From the IMG/VR virus record IMGVR_UViG_3300042691_033915, positions 1,005 to 65,004 of that record: 64,000 nt of DNA. The stretch is one strand, 5' to 3'. This stretch comes from a virus (taxonomy: Duplodnaviria; Caudoviricetes). Position numbers and translations under genes: made by a program. A model generated the notes under the pieces. The model saw only the letters and a program-made list of their open reading frames with translations. It was not told where the DNA came from and did not search any database. Below, piece by piece: positions 1-7,951 of this stretch (position 1 is its first letter; every line of letters starts with the position of its first letter).

Positions 1-107
1 GCACCACCACCAGAGAGGGCGAGGGCTGGGGCTTGCGGGATTGCCGACGATGTGCGACAATCTCATCAGCGGGGCAAGTGATCCCGTCAATGGAGAGGAG
101 CGGAACG

Positions 108-284
108 ATGAAGGAAGGACAGACCTGCGAGAGCACCACGAACGAGGAGAGTATCTGCTACGACCCGAAGGGGCTGGACACCTGCGACGAACCCGCAGTC
201 TGGGGGCAGGTGAACGAGGAGACAGGCGCAACCATCTGGCATTGCCAGACGCACGCCGACGCGGTGATGAGTTTCCGCCCATAG
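108..284 (+). CDS. small hypothetical Cys-containing protein
   Basis: ATG at 108 preceded by GGAGAGGAG, in the frame of track ORF 33..284. No recognisable motif. Confidence 0.45.
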   Translation: MKEGQTCESTTNEESICYDPKGLDTCDEPAVWGQVNEETGATIWHCQTHADAVMSFRP

Positions 285-320
285 TTAGGGGTTAGGTTAG
301 GGTTAGGGTTAGGGTTAGGG
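285..320 (+). repeat. TTAGGG tandem repeats (5 perfect units plus one TTAGG)
   Basis: TTAGGG-G-TTAGG-(TTAGGG)4 read directly from the sequence. Confidence 0.95.
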
Positions 321-341
321 GCGGGGTTATCCCGCCCCTAA
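315..341. terminator. GC-rich hairpin, possible terminator
   Basis: TTAGGGGCGGG-GTTAT-CCCGCCCCTAA, a perfect 11-bp stem just after the ORF stop at 284. No clear U-tract. Confidence 0.5.
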
Positions 342-577
342 TCGCTACCCTTCGGGATCGCGTGGGATCGGCTGGGACTAGGAGCCGACTAGTCAGAGAG
401 TCAGAGAGAGAGTCAATCAGAGGCCGACAGAGTTTCGGAGTTTGTGCTAGACCCCCTAACCCCCCGCAGGATTCCGACGAAGTACCCGAGGTGGCTCGCG
501 CTAGGGCCATACTTTTTTTTTACCAAATCTGTGTCGTAGAAGCCCAACCCCTTGCCCTCTGCTATGCTGGGCGTAAC

Positions 578-832
578 ATGTCCACCATGAACTACGTTAT
601 TCGCTACGAAAACGGGAACATCGGCACCTGGCGCGTGACGTCTGACGACTGGGAAGAGGTAGCTCTGACCCCCCGACAAGCGCTGGAAATGATTGCCACA
701 CGGGAAATCAGCGACCGGAACAACGATATCGCCACGATGTCGATTCGCTGGCTGGATGTCCCTGAATGGGAAGAGATCCCAAGTCCCGATGACTTTGAGG
801 CGTTCCACCCTGCGAGGATTCCTCAGCAGTGA
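578..832 (+). CDS. hypothetical protein
   Basis: ATG at 578 (MSTMNYVIRY...) downstream of TGC-TATGCT. Stop overlaps the next start (GTGA). Confidence 0.6.
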   Translation: MSTMNYVIRYENGNIGTWRVTSDDWEEVALTPRQALEMIATREISDRNNDIATMSIRWLDVPEWEEIPSPDDFEAFHPARIPQQ

Positions 833-1092
833 GCAAACACGCTCTTTCCGGTATCAGTGCGAAGGCTGTCGTGGAAGCAGTGGCAAAAGCCCGGCCTGGT
901 TCGGATATAATCGTTTGGTATTATGCGATTGAGGCGATCAAGGCCATACAACTTGGACATCCAGAGCGCGTACCGCTCGTGAACGGGCGTCCGTTTATGG
1001 AGCTGGGCGACCTACGCGGGCTTACCGCTTCCGAGATCGCTTCCCGCCTTTCCCTCCCAGAGGAACTTCTGCACCGCATTTCGGACATGTAA
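829..1092 (+). CDS. hypothetical protein
   Basis: GTGA-coupled to the upstream ORF; 87 aa. Confidence 0.55.
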   Translation: MSKHALSGISAKAVVEAVAKARPGSDIIVWYYAIEAIKAIQLGHPERVPLVNGRPFMELGDLRGLTASEIASRLSLPEELLHRISDM

Positions 1093-1528
1093 GCGGCTCT
1101 CGTTCGGGCTTCTCCATCTCCCCGGAAGCAGCGAGAATATCTTCGATATCCTGGCTATCAAACCCCGTACCGGCAATGGCGTCTTGCTGGGCAAGGAGCG
1201 TCAGCATGTCTGCGAGATACGGCTCGTCCCAGCTGGCAAGGTCGCTCATCCGGTTGTCGGCAATCAGGATCTTCCGGGCCTGGGTATCGTCGCAATCAAC
1301 CCAGAAGACGGGGATGGTCGCCAACCCCGCAATCCTAGCGGCCTGGAGACGATGATTCCCAGCGAGTACCCTTCGGGAAGAAATTTGGGCGACGACGGTG
1401 CCAAACCATCCGTTCTCGGTGATGGATGTGGAGATGGCGCCGATATCCCCCTGTCTCGGGTTCTCCGGGTGTGTCTCCAGGCTGTCGATGTTGACGTACT
1501 CGACGTTTCCGTGCAGGGGGGTTGTCAT
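1022..1528 (-). CDS. ParB/Sulfiredoxin N-terminal domain protein
   Basis: HPENPR...AISTSI...VLAGNHRLQAA...LIADNR are typical ParBc motifs. C-terminal CPKC. Confidence 0.85.
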   Translation of the reverse strand: MTTPLHGNVEYVNIDSLETHPENPRQGDIGAISTSITENGWFGTVVAQISSRRVLAGNHRLQAARIAGLATIPVFWVDCDDTQARKILIADNRMSDLASWDEPYLADMLTLLAQQDAIAGTGFDSQDIEDILAASGEMEKPEREPLTCPKCGAEVPLGGKGGKRSRKR

Positions 1529-1540
1529 GGCTATCCTCTT

Positions 1541-1876
1541 TCATCGTAGCTTGTCGAAATCAAACGCCTTGGCAATCTTCTCCATTGGGTAGCACCCAAG
1601 AAGCACCCGGGGCGACTGAACGCCAACCGGATAGTAGAGCAAGGCCGGAACAGAGGTAATCCCTGCTGCCGCCATGCCTGCTGCCATGCGTGAATTTTCG
1701 TCAAAATTTATTTTTGCAATAAAGATCTTCTCGCCGTACTTATTGTCGAGACGCGTCAGCTCGGCATCTAGCATGAGGCAGGGTTCGCACCAGGGCGCCC
1801 ATACATCCACCAGGATCGGCTTGGTTGAGCCAAGAACGACTGGGCCAAACGTCTCGTCGGTAATGCTAAAGATCAT
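1541..1876 (-). CDS. thioredoxin (WCEPC)
   Basis: ILVDVWAPWCEPC and cis-Pro motif SVPAL; 111 aa. Confidence 0.9.
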   Translation of the reverse strand: MIFSITDETFGPVVLGSTKPILVDVWAPWCEPCLMLDAELTRLDNKYGEKIFIAKINFDENSRMAAGMAAAGITSVPALLYYPVGVQSPRVLLGCYPMEKIAKAFDFDKLR

Positions 1877-1880
1877 GGGG

Positions 1881-2213
1881 TTATTTTACCAGTTCCGAGA
1901 GCCGGAAGCGTCGCTCTAGCTCAATTGCTGTGGTGGCACCCACGACCGAGAGTGGGGCCTCTTTGCCGCCCGGATAGAAGATGATGGTAGGGATGGAGCG
2001 GATATAGAGGCTGCGTGGGGTGAGGGGGTTCTCGTCGACGTTGACCTTGGCGATGCGGAGTTTGCCTCCGTACTGTGCTTCCAGTTTCTCAAGCTCTGTC
2101 GAAATCATCACACAGGGCTTGCACCAAGGGGCCCAGAAATCTACAAGGATTGGACCAGTCGATTCAAGAACGTCGTGCTGAAATTGTGCATCGGTTGTAG
2201 AAAAAATCGACAT
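1881..2213 (-). CDS. trxA: thioredoxin (WCKPC)
   Basis: LVDFWAPWCKPC, KVNVDEN, IRSIPT. GGAGG RBS before the ATG at 2213. Confidence 0.9.
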   Translation of the reverse strand: MSIFSTTDAQFQHDVLESTGPILVDFWAPWCKPCVMISTELEKLEAQYGGKLRIAKVNVDENPLTPRSLYIRSIPTIIFYPGGKEAPLSVVGATTAIELERRFRLSELVK

Positions 2214-2232
2214 ACGGTCCTCCACAGACACT

Positions 2233-2265
2233 GTAGGGCCGGAGGCGTTCAACCCCCGACCCTAC
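2233..2265 (-). terminator. 13-bp hairpin downstream of ssb
   Basis: On the - strand GUAGGGUCGGGGG pairs with CCUCCGGCCCUAC using two G-U pairs that form only on this strand. No U-tract. Confidence 0.5.
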
Positions 2266-2339
2266 GATTGCTCTTCCTCCGTTAATCGGTAGAAGAATAT
2301 ACCGCATGGTACGAATCCATGCGAGACGCAATCAATCTG

Positions 2340-2729
2340 TTAGAACGGCAGCTCGTCGAGGTCCTCTTCGACCTTTGGAGCGTTCATCCCGCCGTTGCCT
2401 TCGTTGATGTTCTTCACACTGCGTGACAACACCTGGAAGTACTTCGCGTGAATGTTCAAGTCAGTCCGTGTGGTTCCTGACTTGTCCTGCCACGAAGAAA
2501 CCTGTGGGGTTCCCTCGATCCAGATAAGGTCACCCTTCTTGACAACCTTCTCTGCAAGCTCTGCGCGACCATCCCAGCAGGTAATCGGATACCAGGTGGC
2601 TTCCGACTCGCCCTTCTCATTCTTCGCGCCGTGTACGGCAACGTTGAAGTTAGCGACTGGGCGACCCTTTGCGGTCTGTCGCGTGGTTGGCTCACCGCCG
2701 ACGCGGCCGATCATCTGTACCTTGATCAT
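2340..2729 (-). CDS. ssb: single-stranded DNA-binding protein
   Basis: OB-fold motifs IGRVGGEP, VANFNVA, KKGDLIWIEG. Acidic C-terminus DELPF. Confidence 0.95.
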   Translation of the reverse strand: MIKVQMIGRVGGEPTTRQTAKGRPVANFNVAVHGAKNEKGESEATWYPITCWDGRAELAEKVVKKGDLIWIEGTPQVSSWQDKSGTTRTDLNIHAKYFQVLSRSVKNINEGNGGMNAPKVEEDLDELPF

Positions 2730-2754
2730 TGCTTAACCCTTCTTCCTGATCGGA

Positions 2755-3201
2755 TTAATATGCGCCAAGGTGCTCTGCATGGCGTAGGGTGACGTGGACA
2801 CCGATCTTGTCCAAATCAACATACTCCTTGGATGCGACAATCCGCACAACATGCGAATCGTCCACCCACACCTTTGCGTCTGTTACACCGTCAAGCACGG
2901 CTCGGACTAACTTGTCCAAATCGGGCTTTGACGTATGGCTCGTGGGGGATGAATCTTTCACCCCCTTTGCGCCGTAGTGATGCTTGGGGCGTGGCAGACA
3001 AAACCGCAACACGACCCAATATGGACTGCTTGGCGGGGTCTGTCGGTGCAGGGCAATTGCCGTGCGCACCTTGGTCCGCCAACCCTTCAGCTTGCGGTTT
3101 GCCGATGTAATCACCGGCCTACCGTTATGCATGAAAGCAGTAGAGGAGCCCTGGGGGATGGGGAGCCCAGGGATAAAGAGAGAGAACGTTACTTCTTCCA
3201 T
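2755..3201 (-). CDS. rusA: RusA family Holliday junction resolvase
   Basis: GLPIPQGS, KPDLDKLVRAVLDG, VWVDDSHV. Confidence 0.9.
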   Translation of the reverse strand: MEEVTFSLFIPGLPIPQGSSTAFMHNGRPVITSANRKLKGWRTKVRTAIALHRQTPPSSPYWVVLRFCLPRPKHHYGAKGVKDSSPTSHTSKPDLDKLVRAVLDGVTDAKVWVDDSHVVRIVASKEYVDLDKIGVHVTLRHAEHLGAY

Positions 3202-3878
3202 TGCAGTGGGCGGTGGTCCGCCGTCTCCAACTTGATGGTGCGGCACATCTGCTGTAGCCGCGATACGGTTGCCCCATAGCCAAGGGAGTCCAACTCGTCG
3301 AGCGTCCGATTGGACGTGACAAGCATGGGGAGCATGTTCTGGTAGCGAGACTCCACAAGCACGTAGAGGCGCTCGGTTGCCCAGTCCGTGGCCTTCTCCT
3401 TACCGAAGTCGTCAAGCACCACAAGCGATGCCTTGGTGCAGGCAAACTCGAACAGGTCTTGGGCTGCGGACTCTGAGAACTTGAAGGATGCGCGAATACG
3501 GTCAAGGAAGATCGGCACGTTCAGGTACCGAATGCCTGACTGACCCTTGCGGACGCGCTCCATTGCTGCTGCGCATACCAAGTGAGTCTTACCCGTGCCT
3601 GGCTCGCCCAGCAGGAAGAAGCCTTCGCCACGTGTCTGGTTTGCGGTGCTGTTGGACCAGTCGAGTGCCACGTCGTAGGCCTTCTGGTTGCCCTTCTCTG
3701 TTCCGAACTCAAGAAATGTAGCGCCCACATAGCGTGGGGGAATAAGGGTTGCCTTCGTCATGCGCTCCAGTACATCTCGCTGTCGAGCAAGGTGCAGCTC
3801 TTCGGCATTCGGAACATCGTGTTCGCCAAGCTGGAATGACCCAGCAATGCGGTCTAGCTCAGGACTCAATGAATGCAT
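3189..3878 (-). CDS. DnaC/IstB-like AAA+ helicase loader
   Basis: Walker A GEPGTGKTH, Walker B LVVLDDFGKE, LVTSN, SRL. Confidence 0.9.
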   Translation of the reverse strand: MHSLSPELDRIAGSFQLGEHDVPNAEELHLARQRDVLERMTKATLIPPRYVGATFLEFGTEKGNQKAYDVALDWSNSTANQTRGEGFFLLGEPGTGKTHLVCAAAMERVRKGQSGIRYLNVPIFLDRIRASFKFSESAAQDLFEFACTKASLVVLDDFGKEKATDWATERLYVLVESRYQNMLPMLVTSNRTLDELDSLGYGATVSRLQQMCRTIKLETADHRPLQWKK

Positions 3879-4515
3879 CCCTTCCTCCTACTTTCTTTTC
3901 AGGCTCCCACTTCTTAAAGCCGCTCATCTTCTGTACGTATGCCAACGGGTCTCCTGTGACGTCCCGCAGGGCTGCGTCAGCCATTGCAGACATGATAGCA
4001 GGAATTCCGCCTGGGTAGGTTTTCATCAACTTGGCGATTCGGCTGTAGTCTCCACGCTGAAGCACAATGCCAAACATTGCCCCCATAAACTCGCCAAGCC
4101 GGCCTTGCGTGTTTGGGCCAGAGACGACATATTCCAACCACTCCTTCATCGTGCGGTAGACAATTTCTGTTCCCTCTTCGTCGCGCAAGCCAAGGCGTTC
4201 CAGTCGGGCAATTGCCGCCGCTGCCTTCTCTGCGCGCTCCTGCGCACCGACGGAGTCTGGGGTCTCCTGCCACTCGTCCCAGTCGTGTACCACCAGGCCG
4301 TCCAGCAGCCCAACCCGTCGGAAGATGGGCAGGTACTTGGCGTTTTGGGTGCCGACCATTGCCTCAATGTGCTGGTCAGACTCAAAGACGCCGCCGCACT
4401 CTGACGCCGCACAAAGCACGGTGACCCACGCCCAGCGAGCACTGTGGTCTGGCAACCGCCAGATCTTCTTATGACGCGGTAGGTCGGCGTAGCACTTCCA
4501 ATAGTGCCGCGCGAT
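3859..4515 (-). CDS. putative replication initiator (start uncertain: ATC at 4515 or an upstream codon)
   Basis: Directly upstream of the DnaC-like gene. N-terminus RHYWK..DLPRHKKIWRL..ARWAWV and VHDWDEWQ resemble phage replisome organisers. Confidence 0.6.
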   Translation of the reverse strand: MARHYWKCYADLPRHKKIWRLPDHSARWAWVTVLCAASECGGVFESDQHIEAMVGTQNAKYLPIFRRVGLLDGLVVHDWDEWQETPDSVGAQERAEKAAAAIARLERLGLRDEEGTEIVYRTMKEWLEYVVSGPNTQGRLGEFMGAMFGIVLQRGDYSRIAKLMKTYPGGIPAIMSAMADAALRDVTGDPLAYVQKMSGFKKWEPEKKVGGRDAFIES

Positions 4516-5387
4516 TACTTCAGGCGACCGCGCAGATTCTCCGAGATACGCACCACTGGCAGGAGCTTCTTCAAGCCCTCCTCCGTTTGCGGTAGCTGTT
4601 GCGGGTGACTCTCCCATCGGTTGCAAGCCTCCTTATACTCGCACGTGGCGTGCGCAAACGCCGTTGGATTAGGATACACAATCCCTTGTTCCATTGCAGT
4701 CAGGACCACTCGCGCCTGCGTGTACAGGCGGTCAATGTCGCCCTGGTTTCGTGTTGTGACCCGTCGATCTACAAGCGGACCCTTAGCGTTCTTGCTAATA
4801 ATGTTAAAGGTCACGCTTGGGTCATGCTCGTAGTTCTGGCGAACCGCCATCGTGTAGGCAGTCGCCTGAATGTCGCCATGCTCTCGACCCTCTTCCCACT
4901 TGCGCGATGCGGTCTTGTGCTCGACCACATCGTTGGTATCAAGCAGCAGGTCAACCTGCGCCTTCAACTTAATAGGAAGCTTGCCAAGGCGACTATGGGT
5001 AATGTCGGCAAACATCGTGTGTTCAATGTGCTTGCCGTTCCAGTCGTCGCCAGCATAGATTGCGGCCTGGAGCATCGTCTTGCCCATTTGGCCTTGACCA
5101 ATCGGATCGGCGTCCTTCTCGGCAGCCCAGTCAACCTTGGCGGACTCCTCAGCAAACGTCTTGTCGTATTGCCGATATGCCAGCCCAATGTCGCCAGTCA
5201 ACTTACCCCCGTGAAGCGGCGCGTACCAGCCAGCAAGGCCAGCGTGCACCGATGTTCCTAAGGCAAAGAATGCCGCAGTCTTATCGGTCCAGAGACCAAG
5301 GCGATAGCGATACCACCAGCGCAGCGGACACGAGAAGTACTCTCGAATCTCGCTGACGCTAATGTGCTCTACATCACGTTCATGCAT
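4515..5387 (-). CDS. PD-(D/E)XK (RecB-family) exonuclease
   Basis: ISVSEIREYFSCPLRW, GTSVH, AQVDLL..VVEHKT, QATAY. TAATG-coupled start at 5387. Confidence 0.85.
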   Translation of the reverse strand: MHERDVEHISVSEIREYFSCPLRWWYRYRLGLWTDKTAAFFALGTSVHAGLAGWYAPLHGGKLTGDIGLAYRQYDKTFAEESAKVDWAAEKDADPIGQGQMGKTMLQAAIYAGDDWNGKHIEHTMFADITHSRLGKLPIKLKAQVDLLLDTNDVVEHKTASRKWEEGREHGDIQATAYTMAVRQNYEHDPSVTFNIISKNAKGPLVDRRVTTRNQGDIDRLYTQARVVLTAMEQGIVYPNPTAFAHATCEYKEACNRWESHPQQLPQTEEGLKKLLPVVRISENLRGRLK

Positions 5388-5974
5388 TACAAGGCAGCCT
5401 TGCGGCTCTTGTACACGCTCTGAAGATAGGTCTTGTCGTCGTCGGAAATCTTGGCCGTCGCAATCTGCTGACCAATCTTGCCAAGCTCCGCTGCAGTCGT
5501 CGCACCGTTGATGGCGTCTGCCCACTCAATGGCGGCAGGGCTTGGTCCGTCAAACACAGCCGCTGCTGCGCGGAGAACCTCTTCGTCATCAATCTTCTGC
5601 TTCTCGCGCTCCTGCATTGGGCTGGTCTTGGCAACCCCTGCCTTGGAACGAATCTCGTCGTCAGAAGCGATGCGCTTGGATGGCAAGCCAGCCATAACTA
5701 GCGCACGACCAACAGCAGAGGTCTCGCAGTTCTCAATCTCCGAGCCGCGCGTGTATGGGGTGCTGCCAGGGATCTGCATGGCGCTATGGCCAACCCCTGC
5801 TGGCTTCTCGTCTGGGACGTCGCCGCGATACGCCTTAGCCTCAATCACAACGCGCTTGTCGTCATGCTCCAGCACGGCAGTCTCAATACGACCGTTTGGG
5901 TAGGCTTCATACCACGCGCGAATCCGCTCCGCGACATCAACGTAATCCTTTAGCGCACTCTTATCAAACGCCAC
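5387..5974 (-). CDS. putative single-strand annealing/recombination protein
   Basis: DYVDVAERI..YPNGRIET and ENCETSAVGRAL; adjacent to the exonuclease. Confidence 0.65.
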   Translation of the reverse strand: MAFDKSALKDYVDVAERIRAWYEAYPNGRIETAVLEHDDKRVVIEAKAYRGDVPDEKPAGVGHSAMQIPGSTPYTRGSEIENCETSAVGRALVMAGLPSKRIASDDEIRSKAGVAKTSPMQEREKQKIDDEEVLRAAAAVFDGPSPAAIEWADAINGATTAAELGKIGQQIATAKISDDDKTYLQSVYKSRKAAL

Positions 5975-6232
5975 TTAACTTTCCTCCTTCATATCCGAGA
6001 ACAATTCGCTCTCGGGGATTCCTAAATACTCACTCAGGCGCTGGCGCATTGCCCCGCTCATTGGAGCGTGACCATACTGCACCTGGTTAAGATAACCATA
6101 CGACACTCCGAGATGCTTTGCAATCCAGCGTCGCTTAATCCCAGACTCGCGGATAATTTCCCACACCTTTGCGGTCTCCCGCTTCTGTGCGAGGCGGATC
6201 TGCTTAAAGTTGTCTCCGCTTTGCTTACTCAT
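5975..6232 (-). CDS. XRE-family HTH transcriptional regulator
   Basis: IAKHLGVSYGYLNQVQYG...LSEYLGIPESELF. Confidence 0.8.
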   Translation of the reverse strand: MSKQSGDNFKQIRLAQKRETAKVWEIIRESGIKRRWIAKHLGVSYGYLNQVQYGHAPMSGAMRQRLSEYLGIPESELFSDMKEES

Positions 6233-6473
6233 CCGCATTCACCTTTGCCAGCACGCCGTCTTCTAGCCATCGCACCGCAACGTGGGAAATACCCTCGCAT
6301 GCCGACAGCCAATCCCCGTGCTCCCAATGACCCTTGTTGCCAAGAGCTTCCTGAGCCTTCGGGATAACGTCCTGCAAAACGGCAATCCGCGTTGCGGGGT
6401 CAGCTGGGAGCTCGGCCGGAAGGAGTTCCGCTAGGGCGCTGGCTCCTTGAATGTATGCATCTTCATACTGCAT
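6225..6473 (-). CDS. hypothetical protein
   Basis: GGAGG RBS, ATG start, 82 aa. Confidence 0.7.
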   Translation of the reverse strand: MQYEDAYIQGASALAELLPAELPADPATRIAVLQDVIPKAQEALGNKGHWEHGDWLSACEGISHVAVRWLEDGVLAKVNADE

Positions 6474-6518
6474 AAAACCTCCAATACTGATAGCAAAGTG
6501 CTATCTGTACGGATAGTA

Positions 6519-6761
6519 TCATACCCCTTTGTCGGGGTCAACTGGCTCCGCACCAGCCTCGTCAATGGCCTGGTGTTCGGTCTTGGCAACAAGGCAGCTG
6601 ATGTGCTTTCGCTTAAAGCCAACCTCAACAACCGGACCAAGGTCTCTAAAATATGCAGTCTTTTCGGAAGAGCCGCTTGTCTTGTTTAGGCAATCGGGCA
6701 TGTCACAGACCAGCCTGCCAAACATCTTCTTGTTCCCGTCCCATCGTCCAAAATTATTCAT
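6519..6761 (-). CDS. hypothetical protein
   Basis: ATG at 6761 overlaps the end of the HNH gene; GGGGG RBS. Confidence 0.6.
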   Translation of the reverse strand: MNNFGRWDGNKKMFGRLVCDMPDCLNKTSGSSEKTAYFRDLGPVVEVGFKRKHISCLVAKTEHQAIDEAGAEPVDPDKGV

Positions 6762-7050
6762 AGTGCCCCCGCAGGTATTCGTTAATTGCCGCTCGCCAGA
6801 CCCGACTTGCTTCGGTCTTGATGCGATGGTGATAACCGCATAATACCACAAGATTTTCTTCTACGGAAGGCCCACGCTTGCCAAACCCAGCGTTGTTTAC
6901 GTGGTCAATCTCTAAGACAACAGGCCTTCCCGGCCCCCACTGGCTACCGCACTCTCCAGTCATGCCAATGCTTGGTCCAATGCAGGATCGCTCGTCCCGC
7001 AACATAACGGCCGCATACACGTCTGGGGTGACGGGGTCTTTATGCGCCAC
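6754..7050 (-). CDS. HNH endonuclease
   Basis: VMLRD..C, LEIDHV, NLVVLCGYHHRIKT. Confidence 0.85.
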   Translation of the reverse strand: MAHKDPVTPDVYAAVMLRDERSCIGPSIGMTGECGSQWGPGRPVVLEIDHVNNAGFGKRGPSVEENLVVLCGYHHRIKTEASRVWRAAINEYLRGHYE

Positions 7051-7186
7051 GTTTCTTCTTCTTAGGCTTCTTGGCTGGCTCCTCTTCCGGAACCGCCTTC
7101 TTGGCGGGCTTGGCTACGCCTTCTTGGCGAAGAGCGCGGCAAGGCAGGCAAAAGCATGTTGCTGGATGGTAGAACTTGTCGCTCAT
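7040..7186 (-). CDS. 48-aa Cys/Lys-rich microprotein (not in ORF track)
   Basis: MSDKFYHPATCFCLPCRALRQEGVAKPAKKAVPEEEPAKKPKKKKRGA. ATGA-coupled to the upstream gene and fills the gap to the HNH gene. Confidence 0.7.
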   Translation of the reverse strand: MSDKFYHPATCFCLPCRALRQEGVAKPAKKAVPEEEPAKKPKKKKRGA

Positions 7187-7950
7187 ACCCGGAAGTTCGG
7201 GTCGAAGACAATGCGCTTGCCATTTTTGCGCATGCGCTCATGCAGCCCAACATGCTCGCACACCTTGCGGCCCAAAAGGTCTTCTGTAGTGTATTTCAGG
7301 AAATGCTCAAACGCGTCTGCGCGGTACAGGGCGGCAGCATTGAACGCTGACCACACTTCCATAGGCTTCTCAACGGTTGGCATATAGTCCTTCCACTGCT
7401 CAACTGCCTCATAGGTTGCGGCAGCCTCGCCCCAGCCCTGAATCTGTACAAGCCAGTACTTGCGGTCCCAGCAGTCATACTCCAGCAACTCTGGGATTCG
7501 CAGTGCATAAATGTCATAGTACCCGCCATAGCCGTTAGCGGTCACAACATCACACTCTGTCAAAGTGTTCATTGCCGAAACAAGCGACTGGGTTTCAATC
7601 GGCCGAGCAAACACATCATCCATATCTACGTTAAGAATCATCTTTGCCTTAGAGAAATCTACGGCGGCAAGGGCAACGTTGCGGGCGTAGCAAATGCGAT
7701 CAACTCGGTCCTTGATTCGCTCTGCCAGGTCGTCTTCAGTCGCAAGGTGTGCGTTGGGCCGCCCGGCAACCCAGCTCTGCAGGCGTGCGCGTGTGTCGTC
7801 GTCTGAGTCGTTTTCAAACAGGCTGAAGTGGATGTCTGGGTAAATCTGAGCGAGCCGCTCAAAGTTTTCAAAGACTGCGTCTAGGTGTGGGCCAACATTC
7901 CTTGCCACTCCTGTGACCCAAAGCTGGTCTGCAAATGAGAGCGGCTGCAC
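7183..7950 (-). CDS. GT-A fold glycosyltransferase (CAP59-like)
   Basis: GVARN, FENDSDD, ARNVAL, DxD motif VDMDD, SAFNAAALY, CEHVGLH. GTG start 1 nt after the portal stop. Confidence 0.75.
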   Translation of the reverse strand: MQPLSFADQLWVTGVARNVGPHLDAVFENFERLAQIYPDIHFSLFENDSDDDTRARLQSWVAGRPNAHLATEDDLAERIKDRVDRICYARNVALAAVDFSKAKMILNVDMDDVFARPIETQSLVSAMNTLTECDVVTANGYGGYYDIYALRIPELLEYDCWDRKYWLVQIQGWGEAAATYEAVEQWKDYMPTVEKPMEVWSAFNAAALYRADAFEHFLKYTTEDLLGRKVCEHVGLHERMRKNGKRIVFDPNFRV

Positions 7951-7951
7951 G

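Noticed and set aside
285-320. True eukaryotic telomere or chromosome end
   Set aside because: Only about six units, internal to the window and flanked by prokaryotic-style genes.
4515-5387. Cas4-like nuclease suggesting a CRISPR system
   Set aside because: No repeat-spacer array or other cas gene seen. The context is a recombination module.
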